This document shows, one piece after another, positions 1 to 15,757 of a DNA stretch of 64,000 nt; position 1 is the stretch's first letter, and each line of letters opens with the position of its first letter. A program made the translations under genes and the position numbers. Source of the stretch: the human T2T-CHM13v2.0 reference genome, Homo sapiens; assembly GCF_009914755.1 (NCBI RefSeq), contig NC_060931.1, one strand, 5' to 3'. Under the pieces are notes generated by a model that worked only from the letters and a program-made list of their open reading frames with translations, was not told the DNA's origin and ran no database searches.

Positions 1-236
1 TTTCTGGTTAAAATACAATCAGAAAAAAATTAATTTCATAGCTCCTTTTAAGCCAATATTTTCAGTTCCCTACTCTTTTATCAGCAGGCTCATTTTTCTA
101 ATCTTTTTGAAAATATAATACTATGGAAGGTATTTTATAAAGGTAATTTATAAATTTATAAAATTATAAAATAAAATTAAATTATAAATTATAAATTTAT
201 AATTTCAAAATAAAATTTATTTTGAAATTACACTGA

Positions 237-370
237 GGCTGGGCACAGTGGCACATGCCTGTAATCCCAGCACTTTGGGAGGCCAAGGGGTGTGAATCTC
301 CTGAGGTCAGGAGTTCAAGACCAGCCTGGGCAACATGGTAAAACCCTGTCTCTACTAAAAATACAAAAAA
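237..370 (+). mobile_element. Alu left arm (duplication-derived)
   Basis: ggctgggcacagtgg..ctactaaaaatacaaaaaa. Confidence 0.9.
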
Positions 371-608
371 TATATATAAATTTAAATGTTAGCAACATTT
401 TGCTAACATTTTTGTTAATAATTTTTCATTTACTCATTTTGGTTCCATGTTTCTTGTTCTTTTTGTTCTTTTTATCAGATATGTTTTTCTACCAAGGAAT
501 GACTGCACTTTAAACAAGGTCTCTTATTTACTTCAATTCTAATATGAATTTTTGTTTGAATACATTATTTGGTACATGAAATCACTATTAACTAAAAATA
601 GAAGTCTT

Positions 609-1198
<590 letters not shown>

Positions 1199-1375
1199 TG
1201 AAAATTAAAAAAAAAAAAAAAAAAATTAAAAAAAAAGAAGTTTTTCTTTTGATAGCTAAAATATCAAATAAGCATATCATCTTCTATGGTCTAATTAGAA
1301 TGCAATCACTTCATTTTCTTGCATCTTTAACAATTCCATCTAGTGTAATACCGATTTAAAATCTCAATGTAATTT

Positions 1376-1731
<356 letters not shown>

Positions 1732-1763
1732 TGAAATCACTATTAATTAAAAATAGAAGTTTT

Positions 1764-1903
1764 TCCCAGGCTTGGTGGCTCACTTCTGTAATCCCAGCAA
1801 TTTTGGAGGCCAAGGTGGGCTGATTGCTTGAGCGCAGGAGTTCGACACCCACCTGGGCAACATGGTGAAACCCTGTCTCTACTAAAAATACAAAGAATCA
1901 GCC
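1764..1903 (+). mobile_element. Alu left arm (copy of 609-748)
   Basis: Shares private variants ctgattgcttgagcgcagg and cccacctgggc with the Alu at 609. Confidence 0.88.
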
Positions 1904-3874
1904 AATGAGAATATGGTCAATTTAGGCATTATTCATATTATTTCTCATTCACTTTTGGTTTTCTTATTGAGGCAGTTAAATAAATCTTGTTAAATCTACT
2001 AAAACTTTTTAAAAATGATTGTCTTTTAAATTTATGTAGAATTGAGTGGGAGTGGGAATAGCATTGAGTTATTAATTCAGAAAAGGAATACTGATCTGTT
2101 TTCCATCCATGTACTTTAATATTCAATCAAAAATAGGTAAACTATTTTAAGGTACTCATTAGCTTGAACCATAAATTACCTGAGGCCTTTTCTCTCATGA
2201 AAGGCCTTTTCTCTCATGAAAGGATGAAAAAGTAAAAATTGACTTATTGAAGACAACTTAAATCCTAAAGTTAAATTACAAAATACGAAAACCTATTCTT
2301 ATTTCTAAGCAGTTTAAACGTTCTCTATAAAAAATAAGGTAAGTAAATGTATCTTATTTATTTGATTTCATCAATTTTATTTCATGTTTGATTTTATAAT
2401 CTTTTTTCAGTGTCCTAGTCCTCAATTTTGCAGGCTAAGTAGAAGTTATTACAAAACTTCTATTTTCAGTATTATACATCTCTTGAGTCTACAATTGCTA
2501 CATATTTAGGCTGTTCATATAATTTATTGTCTAAATTGGGACAGTTTGGGGTATTAAAATGTGCACTACTAATTATCACACGAGGGCAACAGGTGTAAAT
2601 TGTGATTCTCCCCAGCAAACCAGACTGCCTGGTCACCTATAGACAGGTGTGAGGGCAGTGCATTTTTTTCCCCCATGGTTTTTGTTCCTAGAGGGTAGAG
2701 GGTTTCTAGAATAGTATGGAAAACACTTTTATCTTTTCTTGTCTTTTCTCTTATTCCTCTCCAGGGGAGGAGGAGTGACTTTTCTGATTGATGAGTGTGT
2801 GAGAAGAAACTGAGCATATGATCTCCAAGTATGACTGTTGCCAAAGAAACCAATGTAATGCCTGATGCTTCCAAAAAGAAACATTTCCCCAGATACTTGT
2901 TGCAGAAGTTTCTGATATTATATAAAAAGGTTATTTTTTTGCTTCATATTCTAACTTAAATGTCCACTTGGACTTTTTTAAACTTAAATTAAATTTATTT
3001 AAACATACCCCTTTCCTCACCATAGTCCCCTCTACTGTAAATCTTTTAATAATCTTCAGATAGAATGCTCTTTTTAAAGGAGAGCTTTCATCTCATTTTT
3101 CCATATCAAGGATGACTTCTCTGTTCCTGACAATCCTCTGTTCAACTTTTAATAAATCAAGATAATTTGACTTAAATGGAACTTATGCCTTTTGGCACAC
3201 ATCAACAGTGCTTGTATTAGACAACAAATCAAGTTCCATTTACTTTGTCTTGTGTATTCTTTGGCTACATTTATTATTAATATAAATTTAAATATCTAAC
3301 CCACATTGTAAATCCCAAGTTGGGAATTTTTTTTTTTCTTTTGAAGACGTCCCTACAAAAGAATACAGCCTGGGCATACGTTACTCTTCAACGCCCTATA
3401 GATCTTTTTATGGCACTGAATCTTTAATTTTAAAGACAGAAACAAAAGATACTAAAGGAAAAGCCAAGTATTAACTAATACTTTCATCTGCTTATAAAAA
3501 TAAGATGGCTTAATAATTTTAAAAAGATGTAGTACCATTTCAAATAGGATACATATTTTAAGATTATGAAACATATGCAATTGTATACTACTATATTACA
3601 CTACTGTGTAAGGTCAACCTTATGTCTTAAAATCTGTCATGACTGACCTTGCTGGTGTCTCGGGACTGAAAGACACTAGGCTCCATACACCTGATTATTT
3701 ACTACAACTCTAAATCTGGTGTCATTCTGTTCCCTTAGCCTTTCAGGAGTAAATTCAGTTGAGTACCACAAAGTTGAGAGGCTGTACCATCCAAGCATTC
3801 CCTTCTTGAGAAATAATCCTCTCTCTACTCTAGCTGAAGTATCTCTAGGGAGAGATAAAGAGGCCACAGACTCC

Positions 3875-3995
3875 ATGGGCAAGGTGGCATGCACCTCTAG
3901 TCCTAGCTACTTGGAGGGCTGAGATAGGAGGATTGATTGCTTTAGTCCAGGAGTTTGAGGCCTGCCTGGGCAATGTCTCTAAAAAATAAAATAAA
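3875..3995 (+). mobile_element. Degenerate Alu monomer fragment
   Basis: ggtggcatgcacctctagtcctagctacttggagg. Confidence 0.7.
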
Positions 3996-6578
3996 TTTTT
4001 TAAAAATTTTAAATTTAAATTGAATTTAAAAGAATTTTTAAAAAGGGGGCCACAGCGACATCATTTGCATGTAAAAAAGAATGCCGCCTTCACTAGACTG
4101 ATTTACTCATAAACCCCTTCAATGTTTTAATACTTGTATACTGATATCTTTAATCAGCATCTAATGGCTTCAGCAAAGTTGCCTTTTCTTGGTTTTCATC
4201 TTCCACAGCTTGCCTTCCTTAAATGTTTGTGTTCCTTATCTTTAGGTACACTATACCGTCCTCCCAATTCTCTCAAGACTATTTTTCCTTTTATTATTGG
4301 ACATTTTCCTTTTCGATATAAATGTAGGTGATTCTCAAAATTCTATCTTCAGATCTCATCTCTGTTCTGTAGATATTTTCCTCCTTTGCATCAACCATCA
4401 CTTCAACACAGAAGATGCCCAATTTTATACTTCTAGAAAAATTCCTAACTGCCTGCAGCAGATCTCCATGTGAAGATATGTACACCCCCAAATCAGTGTC
4501 TGTTACCATTTGTACATGCCCTTTGTCTTTCTTCTTCTGCATCTTTCCTCTTGCCATTTCCTCCATCTGGAGTCCCTTTGCAATTTCAGCTTGTTGAAAT
4601 TCTGCTTATGTTTCAAGCCTTAAATACCACCTCCAGCTTGAAGTTTATCCAGATCTTTTAAACCACATTTGATAGCTCCACGTTTTGAACTCACATGGCA
4701 TTCTGGGTATGTCTAGCTTATGGAACTGATTTTACTCCACATAATATGTAGGTTATTTATATAATTGTCTTATCCTTATACTAGAGTTCACAATTTACTC
4801 CCACAATACTATATATGCTAAGAAAATGTAGCTTTCTCCCCTCTCTAACAAAGCTGATTATTCTCACAAGCTGCCACCCAACCTATGTGAATAAACACAG
4901 TAGCAAATGGCATATATAGTGTGACACTGTTTTTGTAACGAAGTATATGGTGAGTGTGGTTATGCACATATGTTTCTTGACTTTACCCACCATTGGGGAT
5001 TACTGATTCACAGGTGTAATAATACTACAAATCCCAGTGCTCTGAGACCCCTCATATGGAAGTCTGGCCTTTTGCCCTGATTGTCCTCTTCAGTGTTTAT
5101 CTTGAAGAGTCCTAGAGGAAGGGAGGGAAAAGATTCTCATTTAATCAGCACTTCAGGGTGCACAGGAAAAATATTACTTTTTGAGTAATAAGAATAAAAT
5201 TAACCTTAATTTTGTCTATCTTTTTCTGTATTTTTTGCAATGATCATTAATTTTGTAACAGCTAATTTAAAAAAAGAAAAAGTTAGCACTCATGCTATTC
5301 TCCTTGGTATTTTAAATAGGACGTATATGTTTCCTTCCTTCCAGTTCCCATCACATATATTCCCACACATACATTCCATGTGTGCACACACACATGGCCG
5401 CCCACACATTAGACCTTGAACTTCTTGGGCGGGATTTTGTGTCCATCTTTAGCATCTAACCATGAATGTGGTGGTGAACTCTGCTGATACTGAATTGAAT
5501 CTGAATGTTAGAATCTTTACAAACTTTGGCTATAGATTATAGACATTATTCCACAGTTATTTCACAGGAAGTCCTTCAATAGATCTTTATATCAGTGAAT
5601 TCTTATTGAGTATTTAAAATTTTTTATCTTAAGCACAATGATTTCACAGGTTATAAATGTAACCTATTCTCACTTCCAGATGTGGAGGTGGGGTCTCCTA
5701 AGCAGGATCTCAGAGATGAGCCCTTCCTTAACCTCTAGCCTTTCTTCCCCAGGTGGTTTGGAAAGGTGAAATCAGTGTAAATCAAGAGATTGTGCTATGT
5801 AGTGAATGGTAAGGGTGAAAAAGTTGTAAGTCCATTTATTTAGGTTTCCTATAATATAATCTCAATAAAGATGAATAACTTTCCCCTGTAAAGGCCTTGC
5901 GGAAGTTTTGAATCTTCTTTTGTCTTCTCTTCAATTATGCTAGTGAGTAGAAATACATCTGACTTTCATATATTAATCTTGTATCCAACAATCTGTTCAA
6001 CCCTCCTATTATTTCACATAATTTGTAGATTCTTTTGAATATCTGCATAAGCAATAATGTTGTTGGATATGAATTTTATTCTTTTCCTTTCCAATTCTTA
6101 TGTCTTTAAATGAAGGAAGGTATAAATGGAATTATATTATTGTAAAGTTATTACATTTTTGAAATGTGGAGTGTAAAATGTGAAGGGGGAAGTGAGAATT
6201 GAAAAGTGGGAAGTGGAAAGTGATAGGTATGAAATGTAAAGTGTGAATAACAGTAATACTGAAGCTAGGTAGACATTGATAATTTAAGTTATATTATCAG
6301 TCCCAGAACAACTACTAACAACATAATAAAAAAGAAATAGAATGATGGAGGCAGTAGATAAAGTGAAAGAGCAAGAAAGGCATGATATTTAATAAAAAAG
6401 AGAAGATACAAAATGAAAATAAGAAGTAAGATCATAGACTCAAAATCCACTGTACTAATTGTTACATTATGTAATATATTTATTATATTACATAAACACA
6501 CCAGTTAAAAGGCAGAAATTGCAGTAAAAGAATCAGCAGGCTTTTTTGGTAGAAATGACTGGTCTATTTTAAAATATA

Positions 6579-6849
<271 letters not shown>

Positions 6850-7103
6850 TCATCAACAAAACTGAAATAATCAAGACAAGATGAGGCTGGCATAATAGTA
6901 CATACAGAGATCAATCAAATTATTGATGAGGTGAGAGTGTTGCACTGGGAGCAGCTGGCCTTGGAACATGGAGGGGAAAGGAGGATGCTGAAACCAAAGT
7001 AAGTTCCATAGGTGGGCTTTAGGTAGGCAGAAAGGAGGCCCCAACCTTGCCAAAGTAATGAAGGTTTTCCTTTCGTGTGGAGGCTTTAGTGTATTTAGTG
7101 TAG

Positions 7104-7482
<379 letters not shown>

Positions 7483-8163
7483 CTTGCTTTCCATTTCTCT
7501 CGTACTCCTTCTGTCTCTCTCTCTTCCTTTCACCTCAGTGGCCAGGCTAGTAGCTGTCTCCAGATGGTCACACCACTTTTTAGAAAGCAGTGCTCAAGGC
7601 TTCAGGCTAGTGAAAAAGCTTCACTCAGTCAGGTACTCCTAGTACTTAGGGAATGGGAAGGGACAGGATTGGCCTAGTTATTCCACAGGAAGTCCTTCAG
7701 TTGATCCTTATAGATGTCCTACAGTTACCCCAGCTCCTGGACCTTTTGGGGGAAAATTACATTACTGCATACAATTTCTTTTCCCCAGATTTAAAGCTTA
7801 TGTGATATATAGCAATTTCCCTGCTTATTTCTGAAGGAGTTATAAACCTCATAGACTTTTTAGAGAATCATTTATTTCTTCGAAAAGAATCTAATCTGAA
7901 CTGACCTGGCTTTAAATTTCTCATCAGAAATTTAAAATACAGGCAAACTTGAGCAAAATGCTTTTTTGTATCAAGTCTGCTTTAATCAATATTTCTCTTC
8001 TTTTTCTTTTCATAAAAGCTACTACTATTATCTCTTTGAGAAAACTAAAACCATAAATAATGTGCAGGTTTGAAAAAAATTGATCAATGCTGGATGTCAT
8101 CATTAGAGTTCAAACTTCCTTTTAAAAAATTTTTTGACTTAATTTTACTTTTACTTTTTATGG

Positions 8164-8645
8164 TTTTTTTTTTTTTTTTTTTTGAGACAGAGTCTCGCTC
8201 TGTCACCCAGGCTGGAGGGCAGTGGTGCAACCTCTGCCTCAGCTCACTGCAACCTCTGCCTTTCAGGTTCAAGCAATTTTCCTGCCTCAGCCTCCTGAGT
8301 AGCTGGGATTACAGGTGTGTGCTGCCACGCCTGGCTAATTTTTGTATTTTTAGTAGAGATAGGTTTTCACCATGTTGGTTAGGCTGGTCTCGAACTCCTG
8401 AACTTAGGTGATCCACCTGCCTTGGCCTCTCAAGGTGCTCAGCCTCTCAAGGTGCCTGGCCTATTTTTTATGTATTTTTGAAGACAGGGTCTCATTCTGT
8501 CACCCAGGCTGGAGTGCAGTGGCATGATCATAGTTCGCGGTAGCCTCAACCTCCCAGACTCAAGTGATCCTCCTGCCTTAGCCTTCTGAGTAGCTAAGAC
8601 TTCAAGTGCATGCCACCACATCCAGCTAATATTTTTAGCTGGATA

Positions 8646-8687
<42 letters not shown>

Positions 8688-8812
8688 TTGTAGAGACAGA
8701 CTCCCACTGTGTTTCCCAGGATGGTCTCAACTTCTTGGGCTCAAACAATACTCCCACCTCGGCCCCCCAAAGTGGTGTGATTACAGGCATGAGGTACTAT
8801 AGTTGCCCAGCC
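8164..8812 (-). mobile_element. Two tandem Alus (AluS-like 8164-8461; AluJ-like 8462-8812 with internal (ATT)n)
   Basis: Alu consensus matches; (ATT)~14 at 8646-8688. Confidence 0.88.
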
Positions 8813-9105
8813 AGGGCTCAAGCTTTCGTGCAAACAAGACCCTCCATAAAAGAAAATCTCATCTTTGCTTGGAATGCCTGATAATACATTACAAAAGGCT
8901 TTATGGTATATATGTAAACCTTTGTTGATTAAAAGTTCTTGCAAATTCCAATGTGATTTTTTTTACTGGGTCCTAGGTTTAACAATGCTTTATCATAATG
9001 AACTTAGTGATTGATGATTTCATAGTACATAAGAATGTGTTTCCCTGATAAGACTTGCTATCCTTGAGTGGAAAGAATGAAATTCCCGGTTGCATAGAAA
9101 TGTGT

Positions 9106-9149
9106 ACACACACACACACACGCATGCACACATATTTTATATGTATCAT

Positions 9150-9190
<41 letters not shown>
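9106..9190. repeat. (CA)n and (TG)n microsatellites
   Basis: CA run 9106-9132; TG run 9153-9190. Confidence 0.95.
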
Positions 9191-9192
<2 letters not shown>

Positions 9193-9397
9193 TTTCTGGT
9201 TTAGACCATCTCAGTAGGTTCACATTTCAGTGGCAGAAAATGTATGAAAAAAAGCATGGTAAAGCCTCATGCTCATTTTGGACGCTGTCCTTGGCAGAAC
9301 TGAAAAGAGACCTCATAGAACTCTGACAGATCTAGACAGAAAGCTGATGCCCTTTCTCTCTAGATCTTCCCACTACAGAATGTCTAAGATACCAATG

Positions 9398-9753
9398 GTC
9401 TTAGTCTGTTCAGGCTGCTATAACAAAAATATCTTAAACTGGATGGCTTATAAACAACAGAAATTTATTTCTCACAGTTCTGGAGGCTGAGAAGTCCACA
9501 ATCAAGGTCCCAATAGATTTGGTGTCTGGTGAGGGCCTGCTCCTTAGTTGGAGCACCTTTTCACTGTTTCCTCACATGGTGGAAGGGGTAAAGGCCATTC
9601 TCTGGGGCCTTTGTAATAAAGGCACTAATCACATTCATGAGGGCGGAGCCTTCCAAATCATCTCCCAAAGGCCCAATTGTTAATATAATCACATTAGAGA
9701 TTAGGTTTCAACATATGAATTTTGAGGGGACACAAATATTCAGACCATAGTAC
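9398..9753 (-). mobile_element. MaLR solo LTR (MLT1A/MST-type)
   Basis: gtcttagtctgttcaggctgctataacaa..aaatttatttctcacagttctggaggctg..attcagaccatag. Confidence 0.8.
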
Positions 9754-9966
9754 CACTGACAAGAAGGAGGATATAATTGGAACTGATTATTCATCTCCCT
9801 TGAAGAATCCATCAGAACTCATTCCATCATGCCTTTAACACATGAAGTCCAAATTCCCAAATTATTATTTGTCTTTTGTGTGTTCTTCTTTACACTCTCT
9901 AATGGAGCCAAGATCATGCCACTCCCTGACCCTGAAAACCTGTCCATTATGTTCTTTGTAACTTAA

Positions 9967-10423
<457 letters not shown>

Positions 10424-11224
10424 ATTTGCAACATTCTTTCTTGCATTAAGTACATTCATATCATTGTAGCCATCACCACCATCCATCTCTAGGACCTTTT
10501 CTTCTGCATCTCTCTTACCTGCTAGTTGTGTTCTCTCTCACCTGTCACATCCCACTGGACAGGGAGGGAGCAAGTGTCCCTTCCATTAACAATTTATTGA
10601 ACAGCCCCAGTTGATTGAAGCATATGCCATCAGATCAAACTGAAGAGCAGACTAAACCCCTCAAAGTTATAGTCACCTACAGATCCTTAGTCTCAACAAC
10701 CAGATTTTAGCACTTCAGTCACTAATTAGGTTTATAAAATTAAATTCAAAGTTTAGTAAAAGTTAACTCTTTTTTCGTTCTTCTGGATTAAATCTGATGG
10801 AAGAAAATCTGCCAGGAGAAAAGACAAGGAGTGTTTCACTTCTTCTCTATCCCTTGCCAAGTGCTTTTCCCCAAATACTAGGTTGCTTCTGGTTCCTGCA
10901 TGGTTGAAGTGTGGGTATCAGTGGCTGCAAGAGAAGCAGCAAATGTTTACTTGACAGGTGTCAATCTGAAATTGGCTCTTTAAAGCTGACTTTCTTCTTG
11001 TGAGGGGTTTCATGGCAAAATGAATGAAAAAGTTGAAAGACAACAAGAAACTGGAAAAAAAAAACCCGTGTTACTTCATACTATAATATTTGGTGTAATT
11101 ACCATAATATAGTTCACAATATATTTAAGAAACTCCTTGTTGGTCACATAGATGTTGTTTCTAGGATTTTCTATTACAAACATAGTAGCAGTGAATGCAA
11201 TTGCATCTATAACTTTCTTCATTC

Positions 11225-12866
<1,642 letters not shown>

Positions 12867-14864
12867 GTATCTATACCTTTTTACAATGTGTGGAATTATG
12901 TTGCTTTCCCCACTGCTTCACTAGACCTGGCTACTTGCCTGAAACATATCAGATTTGTTGAACAAAAATTCAAGTGTATGTGTGTATATATGTATGCATG
13001 TATTAGTATATATATTTTATAAGTGGAAAAATGTAGATCTAGTTTTATATTTTGAATAATAAAAATAGCTAGAAAAAATAAAATCTCAGCAGCATGTAGA
13101 AAGAATTCATTATATTTAAAAATGCATACCATTATAATGCATATTTTTGTTACTGTAGTAGAAGTCTGTTATAAAATGTAGACTAGGGACCAAAATAATG
13201 CCAAAATAATTTTTCCATAGGCTAGCTAGAAAAATAGATGATTGTGTATCATTTATATACATGGAAAACATAATGAAAATCTCCTAGAAGAGGAAATTTG
13301 TAACAGTATTTTACTAAAGTACAATATTTTGTATTTTTAGGCCCTTTGGCTCTAAAAAATTTATTGTGATATGACATTTTAAAAAGGTGTTTTTTGTTCC
13401 CAAGGGTGTCAGTTTATTAGGCATATATATACGCAATGTGCAGTCATGACCAGAGGGAGGTAAAGAATAATATTTATGGAGAGTAGATATTCTTTCATTT
13501 TCCCTGAACAACAAATAAAGAATGAAGAAGATTTGCCTTTATATTTTTGTGGGGGAGTGGGAGTCAAATTAAGATCCCATGATTAGAGAAGAGTGATGGG
13601 AGAAAAACCATCTCTGATAGCTTAGAGATTCATCTGGTGCTATAATACACACTCCACATGAAGGCAATTGTCTCAATAATATCCAATTTATTTAAAAGAG
13701 TAAATTATCGTTCACATTTGTTAATTTAAAAATTCAGTGTACAGAGAGCATACGACTTGAACTCAAGTTTCTTTACAAACTTGGGGTGCTATGTTGTGAG
13801 AGTTAGCGTACAATTTTGGTTGGTGTCTTTCCTGAATTTAGTACGTTAAATAAAGACACCAAGAACTACATGAGAAACAATGTATGATTCTTAAAAAGAA
13901 ACTGAGTTTAATTATATCAGAGAAAAATCTGTTTAAAATAAATTCCTTTATTTAAAAAAATCCATACGATAAGATAATTTTGATATGTAACTGAAACCAT
14001 ATTGCTTTCAGGATGAGATCTTGTTGGCTGGAATGCATCAACTATTAGATAGTCCTTATATTCTGGGAAGATTCTTTGGCAGTTTTCGTCCCAACAGACT
14101 AGTTAAAGGGGCCTAAAGAGACAAGTTTTATTTAGGGTTTAACTGCTGAATATACAATCCAGTTTCTTTATAGGAAAACCACTGGAGTTAAAGAACTAAT
14201 AGGATTTTAGGCTTGTTTATATGCCTAAGAAGATGATAGCACCAAAATCCATAATCAACACAGGGTAATTAACATTTCTACTTGTTTTTTATTTCAGCCT
14301 ATGCTAGTTCCAAGGGTAACTGCTCTCTGTTTTAAAAATAAACATTTGAAGCCAGTGCATTTCAAATTGCATGTAAAGTATTACTTACTGTTAGTACAGT
14401 TAGTTATTTCTTTTTGTTCTATTTAATATTAGTTAAAATCCCAATATTTGTTAATTTTCAAGTGGGCATGTTCTTGGAGTCACTTTGTAAGTAATCAATA
14501 AGGAGATATGACAATCCATTCAGACTTCTTTTCTAGTTCCTCTTAGAGCCAGTGAAGGCTTGTCAGTACAAGAAGGTTTGGGTTAGCGTATTCAGAATCA
14601 TAGGAAATTAAAACCAGAATGGCTAGCAGCTAGAGTTTGCATAGCTGACAAATGTGTGAAACTTTTTATAGTTTTTATTGAGTATATATTTTTTTCACAT
14701 TTCACTATAAATTGGCATAGATATTAATAAGCCTCAAAGATATTTTAAAATATTTGGTCTATTCATTGTATACCACAAAACTTAAGAGACATTTGACTCC
14801 ATTATGTATGATATTTTGCTTATTATTTTCAAGGAGACTGCTGTAATGCTGAAAACCTCAAGCC

Positions 14865-15757
14865 ATGTGTAACCCATGGGTGGCGTGGTTAGGAGTGCTA
14901 CCACTCTTTATCCTATTAACTCAGGCAGCCCTCAAACCAGCAATGCCTCCGGTGATCAAGAGCCAGCCTTTCAACATTTTCTGGGCAGCCCCAACAATGT
15001 ATTGTATGCCTTCCTTCAACGTGGATATAAATCTTCAAGTATTTAACATTATATCAAATCCTTTAGAGACTCAGAGTGGGTCAAAAATTGCCATATTTTA
15101 TCCAAATGAATTAGGGTATTACCCTTACTTATCTCAAGATGGAAAATCCTTTAATGGAGGAATACCGCAGAATGTGAGCCTTTCTGAACACCTTAGGAAA
15201 ACTGCTGATGACATTGGAGAAGGTGTCCCTTGGTGGAGATCAGAAGAACTTGTTGTTATTGACTGGGAAAGTTGGAAACCCCAATGGGATAGAAATCAGG
15301 GCAGCAGAATAATATATAAAAACCACTCTTTAGCCTTCACTAGAAACCATCATCCTTATTGGTCAGAAATGAAAGTGGAAACAGTTGCCCGAGAGGAATT
15401 TGAAAATGCTGGAAAAAATTTCATGAACATTACTCTCACATTGGCTTTAGAAATGAGACCAAAATGTTTATGGGGCTTTTATCTCTATCCAGACTGCTAC
15501 AATTATGATTACAGAATAAATCCAGAGACGTACACAGGTAATTGTCCAAATTGTGGCTGTGGGAAAAAAGCGCAGCACTTTATCCTTCAATACATTTGGA
15601 TAAAATACTGAAGTCAAGCTTAAATGCTTTGAAATTTGTTCACTATCGAGTTAGAGAAGCCATGAGGGTTGCTGAAATGGCTAGACATGACTATGTTTTG
15701 CCAGTTTTTATTTTTTCCAGACCATTTTATTTGCATAGTACTGAAGCTCTGTCACAG
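14865..15757 (+). pseudogene. HYAL6P: HYAL6P coding exon 1
   Basis: GCCATG at 14865; homology in ORF 14865 to ...YTGNCP (15548), continuing in ORF 15542 frame as LWLWEKSAALYPSIHL...EALSQ; donor CAG|GTAAGG after 15757 (phase 0); premature TGA 15609-15611 in the unshifted frame. Confidence 0.93.

Noticed and set aside
2505-2640. Possible MER96-like DNA transposon; also a MER21-like LTR at ~26210-26460
   Set aside because: Only short motif resemblance; cannot be supported without a Dfam search
15531-15545. Cryptic donor CAG|GTAATT at 15537 as a splice rescue of both frameshifts
   Set aside because: Splicing from it to exon 3 does enter the frame of the C-terminal ORF, but an in-frame TAA at 29780-29782 intervenes; joining exon 2 is out of phase
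14865-15611. 248-aa ORF as an intact hyaluronidase gene
   Set aside because: The last 20 residues are off-frame; it lacks the C-terminal half of the barrel and is a predicted NMD substrate
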